From Candidatus Woesearchaeota archaeon (GTDB lineage Archaea; Nanobdellota; Nanobdellia; Woesearchaeales; GW2011-AR4): 47,339 bases of DNA. The notes beneath the pieces are model-generated. The model did not search any database. It was given only the letters and a program-made list of their open reading frames with translations, and was not told the DNA's origin. The position numbers and the translations under genes were made by a program. Shown piece by piece: positions 1 through 8,729 of this stretch. The first letter of the stretch is position 1, and each line of letters begins with the position of its first letter. The stretch is taken from assembly GCA_016784195.1 (NCBI GenBank), contig JADHVE010000001.1, forward strand, positions 1-47,339, in the 5' to 3' direction.

Positions 1-471
1 GGTGTTTTTTTTAACCTCTTCTTCAGTTTCTTTTACTTCCTCTTTTTTCTCAACGACAAATGGCAAATCCCCGTTTAAAATATTAAGTAACATGCCGTGT
101 CTGTACCTATCAAACAACTCAATCAGGGAATCAAAAAACTGTTTCTCTTCCTTCAAAAAAGTAGCATTATCAATAATAGTAGCCTTGGTTCTGCTCTTAT
201 CCAAAGCCAAACCCACAATCTTTTTTTCCCTTTTGCCATACAAATCAATCATCAGTTTCTCAATATTATCTAGCTCCCTCTCAATATTTTTTTTATCTTC
301 AAAAGACTCCAAAGAACTGCCCTTTAAAGTTTGTTTCTTTTCTTTTAGAAATTCAACTAGCTTATCAAAAAATTTTACATCCAGCTTCTGCAAATCCGCT
401 CTTTCTCTTTCTCTTTTCAGTAAATCGAACAATGTTTCATAAGATATAGTTATTTCTTCTTTTTCATCCAC
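1..471 (-). CDS. GINS51-like replication complex subunit (partial, runs off the left edge)
   Basis: Absent from the ORF track because there is no stop in the window. Hand translation from GTG at 471 is open through position 1: VDEKEEITISYETLFDLLKRERERADLQKLDVKFFDKLVEFLKEKK...ATFLKEEKQFFDSLIELFDRYRHGML. The pattern resembles the archaeal Gins51 A-domain. A G-run lies 4 nt upstream of the GTG. The track ORF 2..442(+) is its low-complexity mirror. Confidence 0.5.
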   Translation of the reverse strand, partial: MDEKEEITISYETLFDLLKRERERADLQKLDVKFFDKLVEFLKEKKQTLKGSSLESFEDKKNIERELDNIEKLMIDLYGKREKKIVGLALDKSRTKATIIDNATFLKEEKQFFDSLIELFDRYRHGMLLNILNGDLPFVVEKKEEVKETEEEVKKNT

Positions 472-545
472 TTTGCCCCCCCCATTAATATAATAAAGTA
501 AGTAAAACAACTATATTTATATAAATTGCTCTTTTACTCTGCAGT

Positions 546-1757
546 ATGGCGGAATTAAAATTCAAAGACTTGTCATTTGAAAATTTTAATGATAAAATTC
601 AAGTAAATTTTTTGAAAATATTCTATTTCTATTTAGATAAGCCTTCATTAAATAAAATATCAAAATTTAATATCAACAAAAATAAAATAATTTTTGAAAA
701 CATTTCAGAGCAGAAAGTACAAAGAAAATTTAATCTTTTACTCCAGCAAGGCTTTAAAAATCTTAAAAATAAAATAACAGGAAGACCGGCAGTCTATATT
801 CATAAAAATTCAGGCATACCTCTTATAGGCTCATTCTATTTTGGCATTGTTGACCGTGGAACAAACATCCTGGAAGTAAGACCGATAACCGGCTGCAACC
901 TCAACTGTATTTATTGTTCTGTTGATGAAGGCACACCCTCAAAAAGAAAAATAGATTTTGTCATTGAGAAAGATTATCTTATTGAAGAGTTAAAACAACT
1001 AATTAATTTTAAAAATGTAAACAACATTGAAGTTCATATCAACGCCCAGGGAGAGCCTTTATTATATGCAGATATAACTGATTTAATCAGAGATATAAAA
1101 CAAATAAAAGATGTAAAAACAATCTCTCTGGATACCAATAGCACTTTACTAACAAAAGAGCTAGTAGATAAATTAGCAGAATCAGGTCTCACAAGAATCA
1201 ATCTTTCTCTAAATGCCTTAAACCCTCAAATAGCCCAAAAAATAGCAAATAAGCCCTATAATCTAAAGAAAGTCTTGGAAATAGCAGAGTATATACCTAA
1301 AAAATTAGACCTGATAATCGCCCCTGTTTGGGTTCCTGGCTATAATGGTAAAGAGATTCCCAAACTGATAGAATTTGCCAAAAAAATAAAAGCAGGAAAA
1401 AACTGCCCACCTATAGGCATTCAAAGCTACTTAAACTATCGATTTGGAAGAAATCCTGTAAAACCAATGCCTTTAGAAGCTTTTTTCAAAAAACTAAAAG
1501 AATTTGAGAAAGAACACAACATAAGCTTAACAGTTAAAGAAAATTTTGAAATAATCAAAACAAAAGAGCTGCCAAAGCCCTTTAAAAGAAAAGAAATAAT
1601 AAAAGCAGAGATAATAATTCCGGGGCGTTTAAACAATGAAAAACTTGCTATAGCCAAAAACAGGATAATCTCTATCCCAAACTGCTATAAAGATGGTACG
1701 GTAAGGATAAAAATAACAAGAGCAAAACACAACATCTTCTTTGGAGAATTGGTTTAG
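546..1757 (+). CDS. Radical SAM protein (archaeal COG2100-like)
   Basis: Canonical CxxxCxxC cluster motif (GCNLNCIYCSV). Followed by GEPLLY and a LSLNAL-type TIM-barrel pattern. About 400 aa with a C-terminal beta-rich extension. Confidence 0.8.
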   Translation: MAELKFKDLSFENFNDKIQVNFLKIFYFYLDKPSLNKISKFNINKNKIIFENISEQKVQRKFNLLLQQGFKNLKNKITGRPAVYIHKNSGIPLIGSFYFGIVDRGTNILEVRPITGCNLNCIYCSVDEGTPSKRKIDFVIEKDYLIEELKQLINFKNVNNIEVHINAQGEPLLYADITDLIRDIKQIKDVKTISLDTNSTLLTKELVDKLAESGLTRINLSLNALNPQIAQKIANKPYNLKKVLEIAEYIPKKLDLIIAPVWVPGYNGKEIPKLIEFAKKIKAGKNCPPIGIQSYLNYRFGRNPVKPMPLEAFFKKLKEFEKEHNISLTVKENFEIIKTKELPKPFKRKEIIKAEIIIPGRLNNEKLAIAKNRIISIPNCYKDGTVRIKITRAKHNIFFGELV

Positions 1758-1785
1758 TTTAACTATTTCTAACTCTTAAGTTTTA

Positions 1786-1827
1786 ATTTGAAAGAAAAAG
1801 AAAAAAAAAGAAAAAAATTTATTTTAT
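1786..1827 (-). terminator. Oligo-T termination tract after the S-layer gene
   Basis: The minus strand directly after the stop reads TAAATAAAATAAATTTTTTTCTTTTTTTTTCTTTTTCTTTC. Several T runs fit archaeal oligo-T termination. Confidence 0.45.
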
Positions 1828-4425
1828 TTAGGCAGTTTCTTCCTGAAGATCTTCAACATCTTCCTGAAGATCTTCAATCTGTTCTTGAACAGTTTCAGTT
1901 TCAGTTACTTCTGTTACAGAACTTGTAGCAGTTGTAACTTGCATCTTAGTTCCTTTCAAGGTATAATCTCCACTATTTGAGATAACCTTTGCAGCTGCTC
2001 TTGTGTCTGCTGCAGAATATCCTGCAACTAACATGGCAACATTCCCATCATTCTCGAACAGTTGGATTAAGCCTTTTCCTGCTTCGAATCCTTCTGCACA
2101 ATCTGCTGGGTTGCCCATTATTTCAGCTGTTGCTGAGTTAGCACAAGGGCCTCCAACTAAGATAGCGTTGACAGCTTTTATGTCATTCACTTCAGATGCC
2201 AGCTTTGTAGCTCCTACTTCAATCCTGTTAACAACTACGGCTGTTCCTGCTGTTGCTGTTGTTGTGGTCAGACTTGCTCCTTCTCCAGTTACATATAATC
2301 TAGGTAGTCTCTGGTGTTGTGGGTATTCCACATAAACTTCCTGAGGGTCACTAGTTGGTGCACTTCTTTTTACAAACGCACCCATTGTGGTGTAAGTATA
2401 TGTGTTCTTGTCATCATCTTCTGGCGCTCGGTAACTAAAGATTTGATCTGCCATCTGAGTCAACCTTACTTCTCCACCTGAAGCAGAAATGTTGAACCAC
2501 AATGTGTTTGGCGCTTTATCATCATAGTCATCACTGTTTGGTGTGTCAATCTTAACCTGTACATCTGCCGCACTGTTTTCATTACCATTAACACCAGTAC
2601 CATTGGTAATATTTACCCATGCACCATATTTGGTATTTAAAGTCACCTGTTCGTTATCAAGAGTTCCACTTGCGTCTAAGTCAATCAATATGTCAAAGTC
2701 TTTCACTGCTGTTGAGGACGAGTTAAATACTCTAAATACCCCTCCTCCAAGCTTAATCTGTGCAATTTCTCCAACTCGTTCATCATCTGGACCTACCGCA
2801 ACAGATCCTGCGCTCGGAACGCTGATTGACCTTTCAATCCTATCTCCACTTCCTAAGTCATCAAATTTAATGACTGCGTTATCTGCTGTTATCTTGTCTG
2901 ATCCTCTATACCTCAGAGCATAGCTTTTTCTTTCGCCATTAGTGTCTGTTTCATCAGTCATGATAAAATAGTCATCCTTCGATATTGTTAGGTTTTCCTG
3001 AACCAGAAGGTCGTCATCATTATCACCAAACTTAATGACAGATCCACTTGGTGAATGCACAAGCGGGAATCTTGCCTTGTTTCCGCTTCCGTCAACAAAC
3101 TCTAATTCGTAATCATCAGAGCCTGATGCTTTAATCTGTATCTCTTCCACAAGTTCATCACTTAAACCCTGATATTCTATGTCCCAACTTTTTGTAAACA
3201 AAAGTTCGGGTTCATCCATCTCAGGATTTTCGCTTAACTTACTGCCTGCTGGTACATAGTAGTCATCATCTGCCGACATATTCACAACTATCTTGTCTAT
3301 CTTAAAAGTAGTGCTATCGTCAGTGCCTTCAACCCAAGCATTTGACCCATCAATTGTTTCGTCATCTACTTGTAATTCGTTGCTGCTTGCTACATCAGTT
3401 ATATCTGTATCCTTTATGAAGAGTTTTTGAGCTCCTATAAAGAATGTTGCGCTATGGATACCGCCTGCATAGTCCTGATATAATATTTCAGATACTCCTA
3501 CAGTTGTATCATCAGACAATTTATCTGTGTCTCCGTCTTGTAGCAGTCTTGTTGCTTCACCATTAATTGTGAACTTTGCCTGTGTTGAGCTCACATAATC
3601 AAGGGTTGTTTCATAATCACTACCATCAACAGTGTAGGTCTTTGTTTCTCCTTCAAGCATAGTGTCTTTTGCTGCTCCACCCATAAGGGTTAGTGTTATA
3701 TTGCCTGGTTTTTGACTATTTCTTCGTGCTTGTACTACTGCATATGTTTTTCCAAGCATTACAATTTCTACATCTTCTATGTCTGTTAGGTAATCTCCGG
3801 TTGCAGTTGCAGAACCTGCGCTATCATCCACATCACTTTCCAATGAAGATGTAAATTCCAGTTCATATCTTGCAATCTGTTTTCCATTTTCGAAATACAA
3901 GAAGTCTCCTGTTACATCATTCCTGTCTTCAAGATACTGCACATAACCAGTTGTGTCATCTTCAAAATACAGCCTTTGTTCATATGGCGCATCTCCCTTG
4001 CTGTTTGATGCTGTTCCACTAGCCAACAGAACTGCCAACTCTGCCTCATCAATGTAAGATGATGAAGTTATAGTTGCTATTGATTCTCTGTTTGCAGTTT
4101 CTCCTGTTTCCAGATTTTCAGACAGTTCCATAACATTTGTAGATCCTTTTCGAACCTGCCATGCTTCTCCTTCAACATTAACATCTGATGTTGTTGCTCC
4201 TGCGGCTGTTGTTGCAGAAAATTGCAGACTAACAGCAATATCGCTAACACCAATAACATCTTTTGCGTCAGCTTTATCTCCAATTACCATCACACCGTTA
4301 AATTTACCGTCTTTAACAAATGGTGACGGGTAATTGCTCAAGTCAGCTACTGCCATAGCACCGCCGATCATGGTTAGACCAGTCCCTAATGCCATAACTT
4401 TTTTCATTATTTTACCGAATCTCAT
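1828..4425 (-). CDS. S-layer protein (Methanococcus-type N- and C-terminal S-layer domains)
   Basis: Signal peptide MKKVMALGTGLTMIGGAMAVA. N-terminal VMVIGDKADAKDVIGVSDIAVSLQ and C-terminal AILVGGPCANSATAEIMG match the S-layer N and C domain signatures. T/S/D/G/V-rich acidic body. GGAGGTG SD at 4436-4442. Confidence 0.8.
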   Translation of the reverse strand: MRFGKIMKKVMALGTGLTMIGGAMAVADLSNYPSPFVKDGKFNGVMVIGDKADAKDVIGVSDIAVSLQFSATTAAGATTSDVNVEGEAWQVRKGSTNVMELSENLETGETANRESIATITSSSYIDEAELAVLLASGTASNSKGDAPYEQRLYFEDDTTGYVQYLEDRNDVTGDFLYFENGKQIARYELEFTSSLESDVDDSAGSATATGDYLTDIEDVEIVMLGKTYAVVQARRNSQKPGNITLTLMGGAAKDTMLEGETKTYTVDGSDYETTLDYVSSTQAKFTINGEATRLLQDGDTDKLSDDTTVGVSEILYQDYAGGIHSATFFIGAQKLFIKDTDITDVASSNELQVDDETIDGSNAWVEGTDDSTTFKIDKIVVNMSADDDYYVPAGSKLSENPEMDEPELLFTKSWDIEYQGLSDELVEEIQIKASGSDDYELEFVDGSGNKARFPLVHSPSGSVIKFGDNDDDLLVQENLTISKDDYFIMTDETDTNGERKSYALRYRGSDKITADNAVIKFDDLGSGDRIERSISVPSAGSVAVGPDDERVGEIAQIKLGGGVFRVFNSSSTAVKDFDILIDLDASGTLDNEQVTLNTKYGAWVNITNGTGVNGNENSAADVQVKIDTPNSDDYDDKAPNTLWFNISASGGEVRLTQMADQIFSYRAPEDDDKNTYTYTTMGAFVKRSAPTSDPQEVYVEYPQHQRLPRLYVTGEGASLTTTTATAGTAVVVNRIEVGATKLASEVNDIKAVNAILVGGPCANSATAEIMGNPADCAEGFEAGKGLIQLFENDGNVAMLVAGYSAADTRAAAKVISNSGDYTLKGTKMQVTTATSSVTEVTETETVQEQIEDLQEDVEDLQEETA

Positions 4426-4445
4426 CTTATATAAACACCTCCGTG

Positions 4446-4483
4446 TTTTTTTGGCTATCTCTTTTTCTTTTTTTTGGCTATCT
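4446..4483 (-). repeat. Tandem direct repeat in the S-layer leader
   Basis: T-run plus GGCTATCT occurs twice (4446-4460 and 4468-4483), between the SD and the long AT-rich upstream region of about 500 nt. Confidence 0.5.
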
Positions 4484-4933
4484 TTATATTAGAAACTTTC
4501 CTCTATAGTAAAGTCTCTATCAGCAACTATAGGGTAAGCCATCATATTTAAAGCTTTTGGTATCTTAACATACCTCAATATATATATTAGATTATATACC
4601 TTTCTAACCATCATTAAAGCCAAATTTACTATAATTATCAGTTATACCTATATATATATAGTTTGTTATTAAATATTTTGATCAAACAAAACACAGAAAT
4701 AAAACATATCTCCCCTATATATCCTTTTGTTTCAGTAATCATTCATCATTTTTTATATATTCCCTATTGGCCTGTTTTTAATGGTAACTTAATATTGGAT
4801 TTTTTTAATTTTAATGTTTTGAAAGTGATGTATTCTAAACTGTCAGAAATTTTCCACCAGACTATAACTGGCAATTCTTTAGTTTTATAGAAATCATACT
4901 CATTACATCCTGTTTCATTCGTAGCTTTTTATC

Positions 4934-5782
4934 TTATTCCAATATACGATAAAAAGCATCAAATATAGGAGTATCAGTAGTTATCTGGAAGAACTTAATG
5001 CCTAGCTTATTGCATGTTTCCTGAACTTTAGCAGTATGATCATCCAGCATATTCTGGTATACAGTTCTTAATCTTGGGCTTATAAAAGTCCTCACTTTTT
5101 CTTTTGTTTCGCTGTCTTCCAGCTTAAAGTCTCCCTGCATCTTTAAGTCCTTTTCAACCCTATCCAAGACCTGGATTACTTTTATTTCATGATCCCCCAG
5201 CAGATACATCGCTTCCCTCACTTCATTTATATCAATAAGAAAATCTGAAATAAACACCAGCAAAGCCCTGCCTCCAACTAACTTTTTGTACTGCCTTATT
5301 GATTCCTGTATGTTTGAATGTCCTTCTGTCTTTAAATCATTGAGGTGCTGCACCATGTTAGCCAGCTGAGACATTCCCCTCTTAGGTGGGGAAACATCCA
5401 GTTTTTCAGAAAAAGTAGAAAACTGAAACCTTTCATTTTCCTTCATAGCAAGGTAAGCAAAGCCAACACCAATCATAGAGGCATAATCAAACTTGCTCAT
5501 GGGCCTGCCAAAACCCATAGATGCACTCGAGTCAATAATGATATGTACAGTTAAATTCCTTTCCTCTTCATAATTCTTAACATACAAATTATCTGTTCTG
5601 GCATAAATCTTCCAGTCTATCTGCCTGGTATCATCTCCAGGAACATACATCCTGTAGTCCTTAAATATCAACCCTCGTCCAGCAGCAATAGACCTTCTCG
5701 GGCCCGCATAAGTCGAAGTAACCCTTTTAGATACAACTAAATGAAACCTGTTTAATTGATCCAAAAAATTCGTATCAATCAT
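4934..5782 (-). CDS. DUF58 family protein (vWA-like MoxR partner)
   Basis: DWKIYARTDNLYVKNYEEERNLTVHIIIDSSASMGFG is the DUF58 signature with a MIDAS-like DxSxS. It lies directly downstream of MoxR. Confidence 0.85.
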   Translation of the reverse strand: MIDTNFLDQLNRFHLVVSKRVTSTYAGPRRSIAAGRGLIFKDYRMYVPGDDTRQIDWKIYARTDNLYVKNYEEERNLTVHIIIDSSASMGFGRPMSKFDYASMIGVGFAYLAMKENERFQFSTFSEKLDVSPPKRGMSQLANMVQHLNDLKTEGHSNIQESIRQYKKLVGGRALLVFISDFLIDINEVREAMYLLGDHEIKVIQVLDRVEKDLKMQGDFKLEDSETKEKVRTFISPRLRTVYQNMLDDHTAKVQETCNKLGIKFFQITTDTPIFDAFYRILE

Positions 5783-5834
5783 TTTAATTCTTTATTTTTT
5801 TCATTAATCTTAAGCCGGAGGATTATAATGTACA

Positions 5835-5990
5835 CTCGCAATTATTTGAGTCTTTTTCGTTTCTGTTTTTTGATTATTTTTTTAATGTTTAAATTTTTTA
5901 ATAACAATAAAAATCAACACAGCTGTATTCACAACTAACTGTGCTCCTGTTTGTGGACTATTGGTTCTTTTTATTGGCCTTTTTTACTTA
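5835..5990 (-). repeat. Structured intergenic repeat, copy A (core 5909-5964)
   Basis: Gene-sense core: CCAATAGTCCACAAACAGGAGCACAGTTAGTTGTGAATACAGCTGTGTTGATTTTT. Followed by the conserved AAAAAAATAATCAAAAAACAGAAACG block. Lies upstream of DUF58. Confidence 0.8.
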
Positions 5991-6919
5991 ACTTTATCCA
6001 ATATATGCTTGACTGCATCATCAGTAGTCATCCCTTTTCTTTCTGCCTCAAAATTAAGAATTATTCTATGCCTTAAAATTGAATATGCCATCTCATTTAT
6101 GTCTTCATTGCTTACATGGTTCCTGCCCTTTACTAACGCCCTTCCTTTTGCTGCTAATATCAAGCCGATAGACGCCCTTGGAGATGCACCATAATGCACA
6201 ACATCCTTGTTTGTCCTTGTAGATAGGATTATTTTTATTGCTCTTTTCTTGATATCATTGGCAATAGGAACCTGCCTTGTCAGGCTCTGTAGGCTTAACA
6301 AATGGTTTTTGTTAAGGATAACTTTTAGCTTATTATGCGTGGCTTCAGCAGAATATCTGTTTGCAATCTCCATCTCTTCTTCAAATGTCGGATAGCCAAC
6401 CTTAATTTTTAACAAGAACCTGTCTGCCTGTGCTTCAGGCAGTGGATAAGTTCCTTCCTGCTCAATTGGGTTCTGCGTTGCTAAAACAAAGAACGGCAGA
6501 TCAAGCTTGAATGTATTTGTGCCGACTGTAACCTGCTTTTCCTGCATAGCTTCCAGTAAAGCTGACTGCGTCTTGGGTGTTGCCCTGTTGATCTCATCCG
6601 CTAAAACAATATTCGCAAACACAGGGCCAGGCTGAAACTTGAATTCCCTTTTGCCTGAATTCTCTTCAATAATATATGTTCCTGTTATATCAGAGGGCAT
6701 TAAGTCCGGAGTGCTTTGGATCCTGCTGAATTTCAAAGCCATAAGCTCTGATAAAGTCTTGACTGCCAGCGTTTTAGCCAATCCAGGATAACCTTCAAGC
6801 AGGGCATTTCCATCGCATAAGACAGAAACCATAATCTGCTCCATAACATTAGTCTGCCCGACAATAACCTTGCCTGCTTCTTTAAACAAAGCATCAAACA
6901 CGGGTTTGTAATTCTTCAT
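5984..6919 (-). CDS. moxR: MoxR-family AAA+ ATPase
   Basis: LLEGYPGLAKT Walker A, VLADEINRA Walker B, and FFVLATQNPIEQEGTYPLPEAQADRF typical of MoxR. GGAGGTG SD 5 nt before the ATG. Confidence 0.9.
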   Translation of the reverse strand: MKNYKPVFDALFKEAGKVIVGQTNVMEQIMVSVLCDGNALLEGYPGLAKTLAVKTLSELMALKFSRIQSTPDLMPSDITGTYIIEENSGKREFKFQPGPVFANIVLADEINRATPKTQSALLEAMQEKQVTVGTNTFKLDLPFFVLATQNPIEQEGTYPLPEAQADRFLLKIKVGYPTFEEEMEIANRYSAEATHNKLKVILNKNHLLSLQSLTRQVPIANDIKKRAIKIILSTRTNKDVVHYGASPRASIGLILAAKGRALVKGRNHVSNEDINEMAYSILRHRIILNFEAERKGMTTDDAVKHILDKVK

Positions 6920-6981
6920 AAAAACACCTCCTCGTTTTTATGCAGCTTAAAGATTTGCAACACCTCTTTTTTTTGTTTCAT
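6916..6981 (-). CDS. 21-aa upstream small ORF overlapping the moxR start
   Basis: Hand-found: GAGAGGTGG-5nt-ATG, encoding MKQKKEVLQIFKLHKNEEVFL. Its TGA stop overlaps the moxR ATG (ATGA), and its 3-prime end carries the moxR SD. Confidence 0.35.
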   Translation of the reverse strand: MKQKKEVLQIFKLHKNEEVFL

Positions 6982-7040
6982 ATTAACCACCTCTCGATTT
7001 ACCTTTTAATCATTTTTTAATCTTATTTAATATTTTTTAT

Positions 7041-7135
7041 TTTGATTTCACGAAAATCCCATTAAAATCTTTTTGATTTTCAGGAGATACAGGCAATCTT
7101 CGATTTCCTCGTATCTTCGATTTTCGCGTGTTTTA
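7041..7135 (-). repeat. Partial, diverged copy (F) of the intergenic repeat; distal arm only
   Basis: Shares the cgaaaat..attttcagga..atcttcgattt..gattttcgcgtgt block with copies B and C. It lacks the CACAA/TTGTG core and contains an internal duplication, atcttcgattt(c)c. Confidence 0.55.
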
Positions 7136-7209
7136 TTAGTTAATTTTATTCAATGGAATTTTTATTATTGATTATTTTTTAATGGCTATTCACTTTTATT
7201 TAAATTATA

Positions 7210-7998
7210 TCATTCTTTGCCTGTTACTTTGTTGAAGTACGTCTTGATCAAGTCTTTCTCTTCTAAAGTGCTGCCCGATACTTCATCATAAATTTCTCCC
7301 CCTTCAACAAAAACATCCCCTGGAAATATCTCATCAAAATTATTCTCTTCGATTTTGCCGCTTTCCTTGACACTCACCTTGAAATTAGCCGGCTGTATCC
7401 TTATATTGATTTTTTCATTGCCTAGAACAGCAAGTTCTTTATCACCATAAATATCATCCGTTAAATTTACATCCTCAAAGTTTGCTGTAGTGCCTAGCCT
7501 CTTGAGGGGATTATTTTCCAAAAGCTCCGGAATCTGTTTTATAAGGTTATCCAAATCCAAAAAGCTCAAATGCAATGTTGAAACAAAAACAATTGTAAAT
7601 GCCAAAATAACACATATAAAAATCCTGTAAGATATCTTTTTTGGATTTAAAAAAGATGAAATTCCGACATTTTTTACATCATCCATCACTTCTTCCTTTA
7701 GCTCGTTAACCACTGAATTGTCTAAGTTTGCATTGTCTGCAGCAGTCCTTAGTTTTTCCTTTAGTATATCATACTTGCCCTCAATAATCTTCATCTTGTT
7801 TATGTTTGTTTTCTTGTACGTTGCCATAAAAAAATAAACCACTGCAGGCAGAATTGCAAAAATAGGATAAAGGTTAAACAAAGCCAAAAACAAGTATATG
7901 CTTAAAAAGATCAATATCGTATTTACTATAGTGTGGAATAAGATCAGCTCATTCAGTGTCTTATTAATCTCTTTTATTAATTTTTTAAATTCTCTCAT
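7210..7998 (-). CDS. Membrane protein, unknown function (3 predicted TM segments)
   Basis: Hydrophobic stretches LILFHTIVNTILIFLSIYLFLALF, IFAILPAVVYFFMA and IFICVILAFTIVFVSTL. Sits inside the MoxR/vWA cluster. No recognised domain. Confidence 0.55.
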   Translation of the reverse strand: MREFKKLIKEINKTLNELILFHTIVNTILIFLSIYLFLALFNLYPIFAILPAVVYFFMATYKKTNINKMKIIEGKYDILKEKLRTAADNANLDNSVVNELKEEVMDDVKNVGISSFLNPKKISYRIFICVILAFTIVFVSTLHLSFLDLDNLIKQIPELLENNPLKRLGTTANFEDVNLTDDIYGDKELAVLGNEKINIRIQPANFKVSVKESGKIEENNFDEIFPGDVFVEGGEIYDEVSGSTLEEKDLIKTYFNKVTGKE

Positions 7999-8182
7999 TG
8001 TCAGTTTTTATTAATTTTATTTTTTATTCAACCTTTTTTAATTGATTTTTATTTTTTTATTTTTTTAAATAAGTTTTATCATGGGTAATTTTTAATTGAT
8101 ATCCTACTTTGTTGGAATTTTATTTTTATTGAATTTTTTTACTATTATTTTTTAATGGCTTATTGTAAATTACCTCTTACAT

Positions 8183-8689
8183 TCATCCAGAGCATGCCTC
8201 ATATTGTGCTTTATAAGAATCTCTTGAATCCTGTAGGTCATCAATCCTGGAATTTAAACTCGAAATTTTAGCATTCGCGGTTTTCAGCAAATCTTGGGTG
8301 GAACTCAACTCCGATTGTGCTGAACTCAACTGAACTTGTGCTTCTGCAAGTTTTGTTTTTGTTGAACCCAGTTCCGACTGTAGCGTGTTTTTGGCATCTT
8401 CCAGCTGGTCCCTTTCATCTCCCAAAAGCCTGTATTGGCTGTCTAACGCCTTGACGTCTTTCTCTGCCTTCACCCTTAACTGGTAAGTTTCATTAAGTTT
8501 TGTCTTTTCTTGGCCTAAATCAGAAGTTACTTTCTCCAGCTGGCTTAATTTATTGTGGTAGTCTGAAACAACATTCTTGAAATTAGTCTGATAATAAACC
8601 GTAAAGCCGGAAAATAAAAGCAAAGTTGCAATTATCACCAGCAGCAGTCCCAAATTCACATCCTTTTTCATAAAAGCCATATCCATCAC
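8183..8689 (-). CDS. Membrane-anchored coiled-coil protein
   Basis: N-terminal TM LGLLLVIATLLLFSGFTVYY, then heptad-like Q/L/E/S repeats (LQSELGSTKTKLAEAQVQLSSAQSELSSTQDLL). The real start is probably ATG at 8680, behind AGGTGAT. Confidence 0.55.
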   Translation of the reverse strand: MMDMAFMKKDVNLGLLLVIIATLLLFSGFTVYYQTNFKNVVSDYHNKLSQLEKVTSDLGQEKTKLNETYQLRVKAEKDVKALDSQYRLLGDERDQLEDAKNTLQSELGSTKTKLAEAQVQLSSAQSELSSTQDLLKTANAKISSLNSRIDDLQDSRDSYKAQYEACSG

Positions 8690-8729
8690 CTAGTTATTCA
8701 TTTTTAATCAATTTTTTCTTAATTTTTTA

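Noticed and set aside
2-442. Track ORF 2..442(+). The same class includes 2003..2335, 2543..2923, 9115..9369, 10663..11154, 12496..13137, 25957..26337, 34629..35237, 37551..37787, 40968..41381, 43377..43715 and 46403..46846.
   Set aside because: These are S/F/L/I-rich low-complexity translations lying antisense to ORFs with clear domain signatures. They are mirror frames of AT-rich, Lys/Glu-rich genes.
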